A DNA stretch of 64,000 nucleotides, taken from the NCBI GenBank assembly GCA_963743915.1, contig CAVURN010000003.1, forward strand, positions 160,001-224,000, in the 5' to 3' direction. Under the pieces are notes generated by a model. It searched no databases, was not told the origin of the DNA, and saw only the letters and a program-made list of their open reading frames with translations. The translations under genes and the position numbers were made by a program. The first letter of the stretch is position 1; each line of letters starts with the position of its first letter. Source of the DNA: an uncultured Actinomycetota bacterium. Lineage in GTDB: Bacteria; Actinomycetota; Actinomycetes; JAHEKZ01. Below, in pieces: positions 47,630 to 57,888 of the stretch.

Positions 47630-50219
47630 ATGCGCGCGTACCTGGCTCGGGTGGCCCTGCTCGGCATGGTCGCCGGTACCGCCCTGCTGTCGGTCGGATT
47701 CCCGGCGGACGCCGAACCACAGCTGGTGTCCGAGCTGACCTTCAGCCCGGACGACCCCGCTTTCGACCCCTACGGCACGGGCACCGCGGTGCTCGGTGAC
47801 GTGGGTGTGGCTCCGGAAGGGTGGCTCGACTTCTTCGGACGCAGCGTGGTCCAGACGCCCGACCGCCCGTCACTCAATCCTGGGACGGCCGACTTCTCCT
47901 TCGGAGCCCGCATCGCACTCACCCGCGGCGTGGGCGACTGGAACGTCATGCAGAAGGGGTTCTTCAAGGACCGTCAGTGGAAGCTGTCGATCCACGCCCG
48001 CAACGGGGCAGCACAGCTCAGCTGCCGCGTCTCCGGGTCTTCGGGGGTCGTGCACGTCTTCACCGACGGAGCGGTGATCACCGACGACGAATGGCACCAA
48101 GCGGTCTGCGCCCGGGTGGGGGACGAGGTCCAGGTGCGGGTCGACGGCGCCATCGTCGCCCGGGGCACCGGCGCCATCGGCTCCGTGGCCACCACCAAGC
48201 CCTACCTGATCGGTTCCAAGGGGATCGGTGACCTTGCCGACCCTGACCAGTACTTGGGGCTGCTCGACGACGCCTTCGTCATCGTCGACGACCAGGACGT
48301 CACCAGCGAACCGGCCCCGGACGGTGACGCCGTCACCGCAACGGTCGAGACCGACCCCGTGCTGCACGCCGGCGATGCAGCCGACGACCCCGCCATCTGG
48401 CCACATCCGACTGATCCTTCCCAGTCGCTGGTGATCGGAAACGACAAAGGTGGGGCGCTGGACGTCTACGACATGCAAGGCCGCCTCGTCCAGCGCATCG
48501 AGGAGGGGTTCTTCGGCAACGTCGACGTGCGCACCGCCGTGACCACCGGGACGACCACGCGTGACATCGCGGCCGTGTACCGCTCCGGGCTGCGGCTGTA
48601 TGCCATCGATCCGGAGAGTCGACGACTCACGAACGCGACGGACTCGTCGACCGGCAGCGTTCCCGTCCCCACGGGGGGTGAAGGCTTGTGTCTCTATCAG
48701 AGCCCCCGGTCGGGGAGCACGTACGCCTTCGTCATCAGTCGCGGCGGCACGATCGCCCAGTACGAGCTCACCGATGCCGACGCCGACGGCCTGGTCGATG
48801 CCACGCGCGTCCGACAGTGGTCGCTCGGCTCCGAGGCGGAGGGGTGCGTCGCTGACGACGAACTCGGCCGGCTGTACGTCGCCGAGGAGGATGTGGCCAT
48901 CTGGCGCTACGGCGCCGAACCGGCGGACGGGACCACGACCGACGATCGTCTCGCCGTCGACCGCGTGACGAGTGCGGGCGGGCGCCTGGCTCCCGACATC
49001 GAGGGCCTCACCCTGACGGACAGCGGGGCAGGTGAGGGGTACCTCATCGCCTCGTCCCAGGCAGCCTCGAACTCATCGAACTTCTTCGCTCTCTACGACC
49101 GCGCAGGTGACAACGCGTTCGTGCGGACGTTCCAGGTCGAGTCCGGAGCCGAGACCGACGGGTGCGGCCGCACCGATGGCGTCGCCGCCTGGGCCGGAAG
49201 CCTCGGCCCGGCCTTCCCCGACGGGGCCTTCGTGTGCCAGGACAACCTCAACACCGCTCCCGGTTCCTCGGGGAACCAGAACTTCAAGATCGTGCCGTTG
49301 CAGCGCATCGTGGCCCCCGAGCCGAGGGTCAACCGACCCCCGTCGGCGGTGCTCGACGTGGTGGACTGCGCAGGGCTGTCCTGCACGTTCGATGCGTCGC
49401 GGTCATCCGACCCTGACGGGGATGCACTCGCCTACTCGTGGGAGCTCGGAGACGGCACCGGCGCGGCCGGCCCCCGCGTGACGCACGAGTTCGCCGCTGC
49501 GGGGACCTATGACGTCGTCCTCAGCGTCACGGACGTCCAAGGGGCCAGCGACGTCCGGCAGCAGACCGTCGATGTGGCTCCGCTCCCGGATCCGACGATC
49601 GAGTTCCGGGCTGCTGTGGGAGTGGGTACGAACGCGAGCAACGTGTCACCGCGCATCCCGACGACGGTGAATGCCGGAGATGCGCTTCTCCTCGCGGTCA
49701 CGGCCAACCGAGCCGATGCGACCCTCCAGCCACCTGTCGGTTGGCGAACCCTCGGACGGCAGATCGACGAGACGATGCAGACCCAGCTCTGGATGAAGGT
49801 CGCCGAGACCGGTGATGCGGGGGCGACCGTGCAGGTGACCTCGAGCCGGCGTGCCAAGCTGGCCGCGCAGATAGCGGCGTACGGGGGAACACACCCCGTC
49901 GACCCCGTGGCGGCGGTGCTCTCGGCGAGCGAGACCGGTACGAGTGCAGTTCACACCACACCCACGGCTGCCACCGACCGGACCTCCTGGATCGTGTCCC
50001 TGTGGTCGAACAAGTCGTCGGCCACCACCGGCTGGCAGGCCCCGACCGAGGTGACCGCACGCCAGTACCAGGGGACCTCAGGAACCGGCCGGGTCACCGC
50101 CCTGCTGGCAGACTCCGGGTCACCGATCAACGCCACGTCCGCCGGCGGACTCGGGGCGACCGCCTCCCAGTCCGGCTCCATGGCGACGATGTGGACCGAT
50201 CGTGCTGACACCCGCATAG
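47630..50219 (+). CDS. Secreted beta-propeller phytase with LamG, PKD and C-terminal beta-sandwich domains (1-nt insertion ~50198 near the stop)
   Basis: Signal peptide; LamG 'DDEWHQAVCAR...VRVDG...IGSK...GLLDD'; phytase 'DAADDPAIW', 'GNDK', 'EGLCLY', 'EGCVADD', 'DIEGLT', 'FVCQD'; PKD 'DASRSSDPDG...YSWELGDG'; the ORF-track read-through is an artefact. Confidence 0.9.
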
Positions 50220-50235
50220 TCCGGAGGGGGCACCG

Positions 50236-51717
50236 ATGCCGACCCACGACGCCGTCCTGCGTGGTGCCCGCACGTTGGACCCGGAGACGGCACTCGACGC
50301 CGTCTGCGACGTCGCAGTCACGGACGGACGGATCAGCGCGGTGGCCGTCGGCGGCGACCCGGCCCTGGAGGGGCAGGTCGACCTCTCGGTGGCCGACCAC
50401 GTCCTCGCCCCCGGGTTCATCGATCTGCACAGCCACTGCCGCGACCTTCCTTCGCGCTGGCTCCAGGTCTGCGACGGCGTCACGACCGCTCTCGAGCTCG
50501 AGGCCGGTGAGCTCGACGTCGCTCGCGTCTACCAAGAGTGCGCCGAGGAGGGTCAGCCGAACCACTACGGGTTCTCGGCGTCCTGGGCCCTCGCCCGGAT
50601 GGCCGCCTGCGGACTGGACGTCACGACTGGTGGAGACGACGCCTTCTTCGAGCACATCGATGCCCCTGCCTGGCACCGCACGATGTCACTGGACCAACGC
50701 CGCCGCATGCTGGACGCACTGCACAGCGACCTGGCAGAGGGTGCGCTCGGCATCGGGATCCTGCTGGGTTACTGCGTGGAGTCGGAGGCCGCCGAGTACT
50801 TCGACGTCGCGGCACTCGCCGGGCGGCTCGGCGTTCCGACCTTCACGCACGTCCGTGAGCTCGACCGGCCGGACGGCGGTCTCATGGGGGCGGCGGAGGT
50901 CGTCACAGCCGCACTCGCCACCGGCGCGCACATGCATCTCTGTCACATCAACAGCACGTCGCTGCGCGAGGTCGATCGGGCTCACTCCCTGCTCGACCGG
51001 GCTCGTCAGCAGGGTCTGCGCGTGACGTCCGAGGCCTACCCCTACGGAGCCGGGTGCACGGGTATCGGTGCGGGTTTCCTCGACCCTGCATTCCTCTCGC
51101 ACCTCGGCCTCACGTCGATCGACATCCGGGTGCTGTCCACCGGGGAACGACCGGCGTCCGACGCACGACTGGCCGAGCTGCGTGCCGCCGACCCGGGCGC
51201 ACTCGTCGTGATCGATCTGCTGCGCGAGGGGGACCCGGACGACCTCGGATTCCTCACTCGAGCCCTGCTGGCCGACGACACTGCCGTGGCATCGGACGCG
51301 ATGCCGCTCGTCTCTGCATCGGGGTCACCACAAGACCTGCGCTGGCCCGAGCTGAACGGCGCGATGACCCACCCCCGCACCGCGGGCACCTTCAGCCGGG
51401 TCATGAGGTGGTACGTCCGCGAGCTCGGCGTCCTGTCGCTCACCGAGGCCGTTCGCCGGTGCACCCTGGTGCCGGCCGACATCCTGCGCGACGTGGCTCC
51501 GGCCATGGCACGCAAGGGCCGGGTCCAGGTGGGAGCCGACGCCGACCTGGTCGTCTTCGATCCGGACACCATCACCGACCGTGCCACGTACGAAGACCCC
51601 ACTCGCACGTCGGAGGGCATCCGCCACGTCCTCGTCGGAGGTGCGTTCGTCGTGCGCGACGGAGTGCTCGACACCGCTGTCCGACCGGGTCGTCCGGTAC
51701 GCGGAGCCGTCACCTGA
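50236..51717 (+). CDS. Amidohydrolase (D-aminoacylase/dihydroorotase-like)
   Basis: 'PGFIDLHSH', 'DGVTTALELE', 'FTHVR', 'CHINS', 'EAYPY', 'ASDA', 'HPRTAGTF', 'ADLVVFD'. Confidence 0.92.
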   Translation: MPTHDAVLRGARTLDPETALDAVCDVAVTDGRISAVAVGGDPALEGQVDLSVADHVLAPGFIDLHSHCRDLPSRWLQVCDGVTTALELEAGELDVARVYQECAEEGQPNHYGFSASWALARMAACGLDVTTGGDDAFFEHIDAPAWHRTMSLDQRRRMLDALHSDLAEGALGIGILLGYCVESEAAEYFDVAALAGRLGVPTFTHVRELDRPDGGLMGAAEVVTAALATGAHMHLCHINSTSLREVDRAHSLLDRARQQGLRVTSEAYPYGAGCTGIGAGFLDPAFLSHLGLTSIDIRVLSTGERPASDARLAELRAADPGALVVIDLLREGDPDDLGFLTRALLADDTAVASDAMPLVSASGSPQDLRWPELNGAMTHPRTAGTFSRVMRWYVRELGVLSLTEAVRRCTLVPADILRDVAPAMARKGRVQVGADADLVVFDPDTITDRATYEDPTRTSEGIRHVLVGGAFVVRDGVLDTAVRPGRPVRGAVT

Positions 51718-51753
51718 GGACCACGGGTGCGCCACCAGCGGCGACCGGTGCGT

Positions 51754-52851
51754 TCAGCCGAACTGGAAGTGCTGCGGTGTGGAACTGCAAGGGTTGCCCC
51801 GACCGAAGGTGATGTGCCGGGCCTTGACGTCCGTCACGCACCAGAAGACAGTCTTGGTGTTCGTCTCGGGCACCGGGTGTCGGCACAACGAGTCGGGGGC
51901 GTTCTCGTGGTCGCTGAGCATGCCGATGAGTGCCTCCTCGGTCACCGAACCCGGAAGCGCCGATGCCTGCTCCAGCAGCTCGGCCCCCCGCTGGAGACGC
52001 ACCGCCGAACGCTTCGCGTACGCAGGGTCGTCCTCGTAGCCGAGCATCGACTCGCACACGTAGTGGTTGGTGTGCACGAGAGTGCCGGCCTCTCCCAGGG
52101 AGGTGGTCTCTCCGTCGGTCGCCGAACCTTCGACGTTGACCACCTGACCATCCGGGGTGGCGAAGATGGTGTTGTAGGCCGACGCACGCGCCGGATGCAG
52201 GGCCGCGTCCACGGCATCCTGCATGCTCGACCAACGGAGCTGCTCCCGAACAAGCAGGAGGCGGGGCACACCGATCCGGTTGTCGTTGGGGGCCAGCTCG
52301 TTCCCGCTCAGCACGAGGCCCGCGGAGTTCCACCCGACGCTGATCCAGGGCCCGACACCGATGGTGAACATCCCCGGCTCGCCGTCGACTTTCCACTCGA
52401 TGGCCGTCAGATGCGGTTCCACATCGGCATCGAGGTCGTTGTTGTGAGCGATGAGGACGCGCTCGTCTGCCGTCACCGGTGGGCCGGCCACCAGATCGCT
52501 GCACTTGCCCGGTTCGCTGCCCAGGGCCGAGCCGCCGCCCTCGGGGTCGCCGTCGGACTGCCAGATCTCTTCGATCGACGCCGCGAAGACGCGCAGCGGA
52601 TCGACGTCGGCCGCCTCGGCCACCGCGTCGAGCTCCTCCACGAGGTAGGGCAGTTCGCGCGCCGTCACGTCGCGGTACTCGGACGCGAGCGCGAGCTGTT
52701 CCGCCATCGTGCGACCGTCCCGCGGGGTCTCCCCGTGGTCGAAGCTGCTGGCGTTGCGGACCGCGTCGGCACAGGCTGCGCCGATCTGCAGCCCGACGTC
52801 GCGATGCGAGCCCTCGACCTGCAGGACCGGGAGTACTGGCCGTTGCGTCAT
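51754..52851 (-). CDS. Peptidase C45 autoproteolytic Ntn acyltransferase/hydrolase
   Basis: Cleavage site 'KCSD', 'AHNND', 'GWNSAGL', 'HTNHY', 'LSDH...SLCRH'. Confidence 0.9.
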   Translation of the reverse strand: MTQRPVLPVLQVEGSHRDVGLQIGAACADAVRNASSFDHGETPRDGRTMAEQLALASEYRDVTARELPYLVEELDAVAEAADVDPLRVFAASIEEIWQSDGDPEGGGSALGSEPGKCSDLVAGPPVTADERVLIAHNNDLDADVEPHLTAIEWKVDGEPGMFTIGVGPWISVGWNSAGLVLSGNELAPNDNRIGVPRLLLVREQLRWSSMQDAVDAALHPARASAYNTIFATPDGQVVNVEGSATDGETTSLGEAGTLVHTNHYVCESMLGYEDDPAYAKRSAVRLQRGAELLEQASALPGSVTEEALIGMLSDHENAPDSLCRHPVPETNTKTVFWCVTDVKARHITFGRGNPCSSTPQHFQFG

Positions 52852-54365
52852 CAGCGTCCTTCCGAGAGCCGGTCCAGCACGTTGCGGGTGACCTGGGTGA
52901 CCACTGGGTCATGACCAGCCAGGCCGTACACCCAGTCAGTGGTTCCGGACGTGAAGACGGTCCCACCCCTGGTGTAGATCCCCATGACCGCGTGGTTGTG
53001 CGACAGGCGCGCGATGTTCTGTGGCGTCGCCTCGCCGAACACCGCCACCGCCGTCTCCTCCAGGTCCCCGCTCTCGCTCGAGCGGTAGCGGGAGGGGAGC
53101 TCGCTGAAGCTCCACAGCCGAGCGGGAGCCGTCGCGAGGATCGTGAAGTCCGTCGGCGTCCCGTCCCGGCCGGTCGGCACCGGTAGGCCGTCCTCGTCGG
53201 AGAGGGTGAACTCGCAGCCGTCGACCTCGTAGACAGCGATCCGGTCCTCGGTCCCGAAGAGGTCGCCGTAGTGCAGGTCGGAGCCGGCGAACGTCCAGTG
53301 GTCCGGCCGCCACGCCGTGAGACCGCCTGACGCCCGCGGAACAGCCTCGCCCATGCGGATGTACCCGCCGCGCGAGAAGCTGACGCCGGTCAGATGGTTC
53401 TCGGGCCGACCCACCAGCGCGGAGCACCAGAGCGTCGACACCAGGTGCTGCTGATCGGTGCCGAAGAGGGGGTCCGACTCCGGGTCCGCCTTGTAGGAGA
53501 CCATCGTGCGTCCGTCGTCCTCGAAGCGCACCTGCCAGCAGACCGAGTTGCCGGACAGGAATGCGTAGTTTCCTCCGTCGGCGATGTAGGCCTCCGCGGT
53601 GTCGCGCATCCCCCACGACCAGTACTCGTCGTGCCCGACGCTGACGACCAGCGGATAGCCCTGCACGATCTCGGGGAGGTGCTCCAGGTCGGCGTTGACG
53701 GCGACGTCCACCTGGTACCCCGCCCGCTCCGCCCACTGCACGAACAACCGTTCCCACTGGTACCACCCCGAGGAGCCTGACCACCTGGCCAGGCCGTGCA
53801 GGTCGGCCCACGAGCGGAAGCGCTCGTGCTCGGGGTCGTGGACGTCGTCGAGGTTGGGGTAGCGCAGGTACGGCTCGGGCTTGCGGAGGAAGCCCTTGGC
53901 CAGAGGCCGTTGGAAGGACGCCCGGACCGCCCCGGTGTAGAGGCTCGGCCCGCCCCAGTCGTTGTAGGCGTTGTACGTGTTCGTGGCCAGGACCAGCAGC
54001 ATCGGTGCTCGCGGGTGAGGCTGGCCGGAGTGCCGGACGACGAAGAAGGCGAGGGCCTCTTCGCCACGGCCCGTCGCGTCATCCCGTGCCCGCATCACGA
54101 CTTCGTAGTAGCCGGAACGCCAGTGCTCGGGGACGGTGAACGAGACGGACGCGGGCCAGCCGCACCCGTCCTCCGAGGCCCGCTCCGGGACGGCGTGGAG
54201 CTGGCCGGTGACCTCATTGTCCCGCCACACGATCTCGCGGGTGCCGCCCACCCGGGCGACCTCCACGGAGAACGTCGGAGCGTCGGTCGAGCAGCAGAGC
54301 TCAACGGTCTCTCCCACCGCGTAGCTGAGATGGTTGCAGTAGCCGTCGATCGTCAGAAGTCCCAT
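52851..54365 (-). CDS. N,N-dimethylformamidase large-subunit-like protein
   Basis: 'WRSGYY', 'TNTYNAYNDWGGPSLY', 'SFQRP', 'SVGHDEYWS', 'FLSGN...WQVR', 'YEVD', 'GTVFTSGTTDW'. Confidence 0.88.
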   Translation of the reverse strand: MGLLTIDGYCNHLSYAVGETVELCCSTDAPTFSVEVARVGGTREIVWRDNEVTGQLHAVPERASEDGCGWPASVSFTVPEHWRSGYYEVVMRARDDATGRGEEALAFFVVRHSGQPHPRAPMLLVLATNTYNAYNDWGGPSLYTGAVRASFQRPLAKGFLRKPEPYLRYPNLDDVHDPEHERFRSWADLHGLARWSGSSGWYQWERLFVQWAERAGYQVDVAVNADLEHLPEIVQGYPLVVSVGHDEYWSWGMRDTAEAYIADGGNYAFLSGNSVCWQVRFEDDGRTMVSYKADPESDPLFGTDQQHLVSTLWCSALVGRPENHLTGVSFSRGGYIRMGEAVPRASGGLTAWRPDHWTFAGSDLHYGDLFGTEDRIAVYEVDGCEFTLSDEDGLPVPTGRDGTPTDFTILATAPARLWSFSELPSRYRSSESGDLEETAVAVFGEATPQNIARLSHNHAVMGIYTRGGTVFTSGTTDWVYGLAGHDPVVTQVTRNVLDRLSEGR

Positions 54366-54505
54366 GGGCTGCGTCAGACCTCCTCACGCTCCGGCTCCAT
54401 CCTCACCCTAACGGCGGGAGGACCCTCCCCCGTCAGCGACGAGAGTCGATGCCGCATGTGTCCGACGAGCCTTGTTCCCGTCGCGGGCGATGTCCCGGTT
54501 CTGGC

Positions 54506-55357
54506 TCAGACGAGCGTGAGGGCAGCCGCAAGGGCCTCGTCCCACGGACGCATCGAAGGCAGCCCGGCACGGGCCCAGCCGTCGTGGCCGAGTACCGACC
54601 ACGCCGGACGTGGTGCCGGCCGCGGGTACTCCTGTGTCGTGCAGGGGACGACTCGTGTGGTCGTGTCACCGGCGTGCCTCAGCACCGCCTTGGCCAGGCC
54701 ATGCCACGTCGTCGCACCGGCGTTCGTCGCGTGGTAGGTCCCAGGCGGGGCGTCCACCTCAACGACGTCAACGATGCGGTTCGCCAGGTCCACCGTCCAC
54801 GTGGGCTGGCCGTGCTGGTCGTCGACGACCCGCAGCTCGTCCCGCTCGGCAGCGATCCGCCGGATCGTCGCAACGAAGTTGGGCCCGTGCCACCCGTAGA
54901 GCCAGGCGGTGCGCAACACCCACGAGCGGTCGGGCAGCTCGGCTCGGACGGCCCACTCCCCCGCGGCCTTCGTCCGCCCGTACGCAGTCCGTGGGTCCTG
55001 CGGCGCGTCCTCGGGGTACGGGGTGACGGCCTGCCCAGCAAACACGTAGTCGGTGGAGAGCTGAAGCAGCCGGGCCCCGGTTGCCCCGCACGCCCGGGCC
55101 AGCAGCGCCGGCCCGACGGCGTTCACCCGGAACGCAGCCGCCTCGGCGGCTTCGGCGCCGTCGACGTCGGTCCATGCGGCGGCGTTCACCACCACGTCCA
55201 CACCACGTACCGCGTCGTCGACCTGCGCCTCGTCAGTGACGTCGAGGGTGGCCCGGTTGGCCGCCCGGATGTCATCGAGCGGTCGTCGGTCGGCCAGCAC
55301 AGCCAGCAGGTCGGTGCCGAGCAATCCGCCGGCACCGGTGACGAGCCAGCGCGTCAT
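54506..55357 (-). CDS. rmlD: dTDP-4-dehydrorhamnose reductase
   Basis: 'LVTGAGGLLG', 'NAAAWTDVD', 'STDYVF', 'YGRTK', 'DQHGQPT', 'APRP'. Confidence 0.95.
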   Translation of the reverse strand: MTRWLVTGAGGLLGTDLLAVLADRRPLDDIRAANRATLDVTDEAQVDDAVRGVDVVVNAAAWTDVDGAEAAEAAAFRVNAVGPALLARACGATGARLLQLSTDYVFAGQAVTPYPEDAPQDPRTAYGRTKAAGEWAVRAELPDRSWVLRTAWLYGWHGPNFVATIRRIAAERDELRVVDDQHGQPTWTVDLANRIVDVVEVDAPPGTYHATNAGATTWHGLAKAVLRHAGDTTTRVVPCTTQEYPRPAPRPAWSVLGHDGWARAGLPSMRPWDEALAAALTLV

Positions 55358-56349
55358 GAGCCCACTGGTGCCGCGCGCGCCTTCAGCGGCTCCCACCAGT
55401 CTCGATGCTCCTGGTACCAGGCGACGGTCGCGGCCAGCCCGGCGTCGAAGGTGATCTGCGGCCGGTAGCCGAGCTCGTCGGCGATCTTGGAGATGTCGAC
55501 TGAGTAGCGCAGGTCGTGGCCGAGGCGGTCTTCGACATGGCGCACGCGCTCCCAGCCCGCGCCCACCGCGGCGAGCAGGCGCTCGGTCAGCGCCCGGTTG
55601 GACAGCTCGGTGCCGCCACCGATGTTGTAGACCTCGCCCGGGCGGCCGGCGTCCGCAACGAGTTGCACGCCCCGGCAGTGATCGTCGACATGGAGCCAGT
55701 CGCGGACGTTCCGACCGTCGCCGTAGAGCGGGACGGTGCCACCGTCGAGCAGATTCGTCACGAACAGCGGGATGACCTTCTCGGGGAACTGGTAGGGCCC
55801 GTAGTTGTTGGAGCAGCGGGTGACGACGACGGGAAGCCCGTACGTGCGATGGTAGGCGAGGGCGATCAGGTCGGAAGAAGCCTTGCTGGCCGCGTACGGC
55901 GAGTTCGGCGACACCGGGTTCGTCTCTGCCCAGGAGCCAGCCTCGATCGAGCCGTACACCTCGTCGGTGGACACGTGCACGAACCGGGCGACGCGGTGGC
56001 GGCGGGCGGCGTCGAGGAGAGTCTGGGTGCCCAGGATGTTGGTGAGAACGAAGTCGGCGGCGCCGGTGATGGAGCGGTCGACGTGGGACTCCGCGGCAAA
56101 GTGCACGACGACATCGGCGCCGGCCAGGACGTCGTCGACGCGGGCCGGGTCACAGATGTCGCCCTCGACGAACGACAGTCGCGGATCGTCGGCAACTGGG
56201 TCGAGATTGGCGCGCACGCCGGCATAGGTGAGCTTGTCGAGCACGGTGAGGGCGGTTGGCGCAGCGGGGGTGGCCATGCGGCCGTCCAGGAGCATGCGGA
56301 CATAGTTGGAGCCGATGAAGCCTGCACCACCGGTCACGACGTAGCGCAC
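55354..56349 (-). CDS. rmlB: dTDP-glucose 4,6-dehydratase
   Basis: 'TGGAGFIGSN', 'DKLTYAG', 'HFAAESHVDRSI', 'STDEVYG', 'SPYAASKA', 'CSNNYGPYQFPEK'. Confidence 0.97.
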   Translation of the reverse strand: MRYVVTGGAGFIGSNYVRMLLDGRMATPAAPTALTVLDKLTYAGVRANLDPVADDPRLSFVEGDICDPARVDDVLAGADVVVHFAAESHVDRSITGAADFVLTNILGTQTLLDAARRHRVARFVHVSTDEVYGSIEAGSWAETNPVSPNSPYAASKASSDLIALAYHRTYGLPVVVTRCSNNYGPYQFPEKVIPLFVTNLLDGGTVPLYGDGRNVRDWLHVDDHCRGVQLVADAGRPGEVYNIGGGTELSNRALTERLLAAVGAGWERVRHVEDRLGHDLRYSVDISKIADELGYRPQITFDAGLAATVAWYQEHRDWWEPLKARAAPVGS

Positions 56350-56409
56350 CGGCCCAGTCTGACACGACGCAAGGGCTGAGGACACCCGGCAAGGGCTTAC
56401 GGTACGGGG

Positions 56410-57288
56410 ATGCGTGGAATCGTGCTCGCCGGTGGGACCGGATCGCGGCTGTGGCCGGTCACGCAGGCCGTGAGCAAGCAGCTGATGCCGGTGTACGACA
56501 AGCCGATGGTCTACTACCCGCTGGCCACGTTGATGGTCGCGGGGATCCGTGAGGTGCTCGTCATCACCACCCCCGAGGACACTTGGGCGTTCCGTCGACT
56601 GCTCGGCGACGGGTCCGCCTGGGGGATGCGGATCGAGTACGCCGAGCAGCCACGGCCCGAGGGGCTGGCGCAGGCGTTCGTCATCGGCGCGGACTTCATC
56701 GGTGGCGAGCCGGTGGCGCTCGTCCTCGGCGACAACATCTTCTACGGAGTGGGGTTGGGCAGCCAACTGCGGGCAGCAACCGCGGTCGAGGGCGGGCGGG
56801 TCTTTGCCTACCGGGTGGCCAACCCCAGCGAGTACGGGGTGGTGGAATTCGACCCCGCCGGGGCGGTGCGCTCGATCGAGGAGAAGCCGGCGGTGCCGAA
56901 GAGCAGCTACGCGGTGCCGGGGCTGTACTTCTTCGCCCCCGACGTCGTCGAGATCGCCCGGGGGGTCACGCCCAGCGCTCGTGGGGAGCTGGAGATCACT
57001 GCGGTGCATGCCGAGTACCTCCGACAGGACCGGCTGGAGGTGGAAGTGCTGCCCCGGGGGACGGCCTGGCTGGACACCGGAACGTTCACCACGTTGATGC
57101 AGGCCGCGGAGTTCGTGCGGGTGATTGAGGACCGGCAGGGCCGCAAGATCGGCTGCCCGGAGGAGGTGGCCTGGCGCAACGGCTGGATCGACGATGACGC
57201 GCTGACGGCACTGGCCGAGCCGCTGCGGCGGAGCGGGTACGGAGAGTACCTCCTGGGGCTGCTTGTCGACCGCGACGGGCGGCGCTGA
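56410..57288 (+). CDS. rmlA: Glucose-1-phosphate thymidylyltransferase
   Basis: '[12 protein letters not shown]', '[12 protein letters not shown]', 'LGDNIFYG', 'EEKP', 'RGELEIT', 'WLDTGT'. Confidence 0.97.
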   Translation: MRGIVLAGGTGSRLWPVTQAVSKQLMPVYDKPMVYYPLATLMVAGIREVLVITTPEDTWAFRRLLGDGSAWGMRIEYAEQPRPEGLAQAFVIGADFIGGEPVALVLGDNIFYGVGLGSQLRAATAVEGGRVFAYRVANPSEYGVVEFDPAGAVRSIEEKPAVPKSSYAVPGLYFFAPDVVEIARGVTPSARGELEITAVHAEYLRQDRLEVEVLPRGTAWLDTGTFTTLMQAAEFVRVIEDRQGRKIGCPEEVAWRNGWIDDDALTALAEPLRRSGYGEYLLGLLVDRDGRR

Positions 57289-57290
57289 GC

Positions 57291-57881
57291 ATGCACGTCG
57301 AGCCGCTCGCCGTCCCTGACGCCTTCGTCGTGACCCCCCGCCAGCACGCCGACGACCGAGGCGTCTTCCTCGAGTGGTTCAAGGCGGAGGTGTTCCAGAG
57401 CGCCACCGGCCACCGGTTGCCCTTGGGGCAGGCCAACTGCTCGGTGTCGCGACGCGGGACGCTGCGCGGCATCCACTTCGCCGATGTGCCACCCGGGCAG
57501 GCCAAGTACGTGACGTGCCCCTCCGGGGCGGTCCTCGACGTCGTCGTCGACCTCCGCGTCGGGTCGCCGACGTTCGGGGTGGGCGACACCGTGGTCCTCG
57601 ACGACCAGGACCGGCGAGCGGTGTTCCTCGCCGAGGGCCTCGGCCACGCGTTCCTCGCCCTCAGCGAGACCGCGACCGTCGTGTACCTGTGCTCGACGCC
57701 CTACAACCCTGTTGCTGAGCACGGCATCCAGCCGCTCGATCCCGGGCTCGCAATCCCCTGGCCCGCCGACCTTGAGCCGTTGCTGTCAAAGAAGGACGCC
57801 GCCGCCCCCAGCCTCACCGAGGCACAGTCGGCCGGGTTGCTGCCCAGCCATGACGACTGCCTGGCGGCGTACCGGGACTGA
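57291..57881 (+). CDS. rmlC: dTDP-4-dehydrorhamnose 3,5-epimerase
   Basis: 'DDRGVFLE', 'RGIH', 'QAKYV', 'DVVVDLRVGSPTFG', 'GLGHAF'. Confidence 0.95.
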   Translation: MHVEPLAVPDAFVVTPRQHADDRGVFLEWFKAEVFQSATGHRLPLGQANCSVSRRGTLRGIHFADVPPGQAKYVTCPSGAVLDVVVDLRVGSPTFGVGDTVVLDDQDRRAVFLAEGLGHAFLALSETATVVYLCSTPYNPVAEHGIQPLDPGLAIPWPADLEPLLSKKDAAAPSLTEAQSAGLLPSHDDCLAAYRD

Positions 57882-57888
57882 CCTGCCC

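Noticed and set aside
45838-47799. Long antisense ORFs (also 521-2269, 14809-16629, 25007-26983, 57712-59520)
   Set aside because: Shadow ORFs opposite well-supported genes, expected at ~70% GC
47354-51025. 1223-aa ORF overlapping the amidohydrolase
   Set aside because: Read-through caused by a 1-nt insertion near 50198; the true phytase stop is TAG at 50217-50219
51754-52851. Beta-lactam biosynthesis (isopenicillin N acyltransferase)
   Set aside because: The C45 family is broad; no ACV synthetase or IPNS in the window
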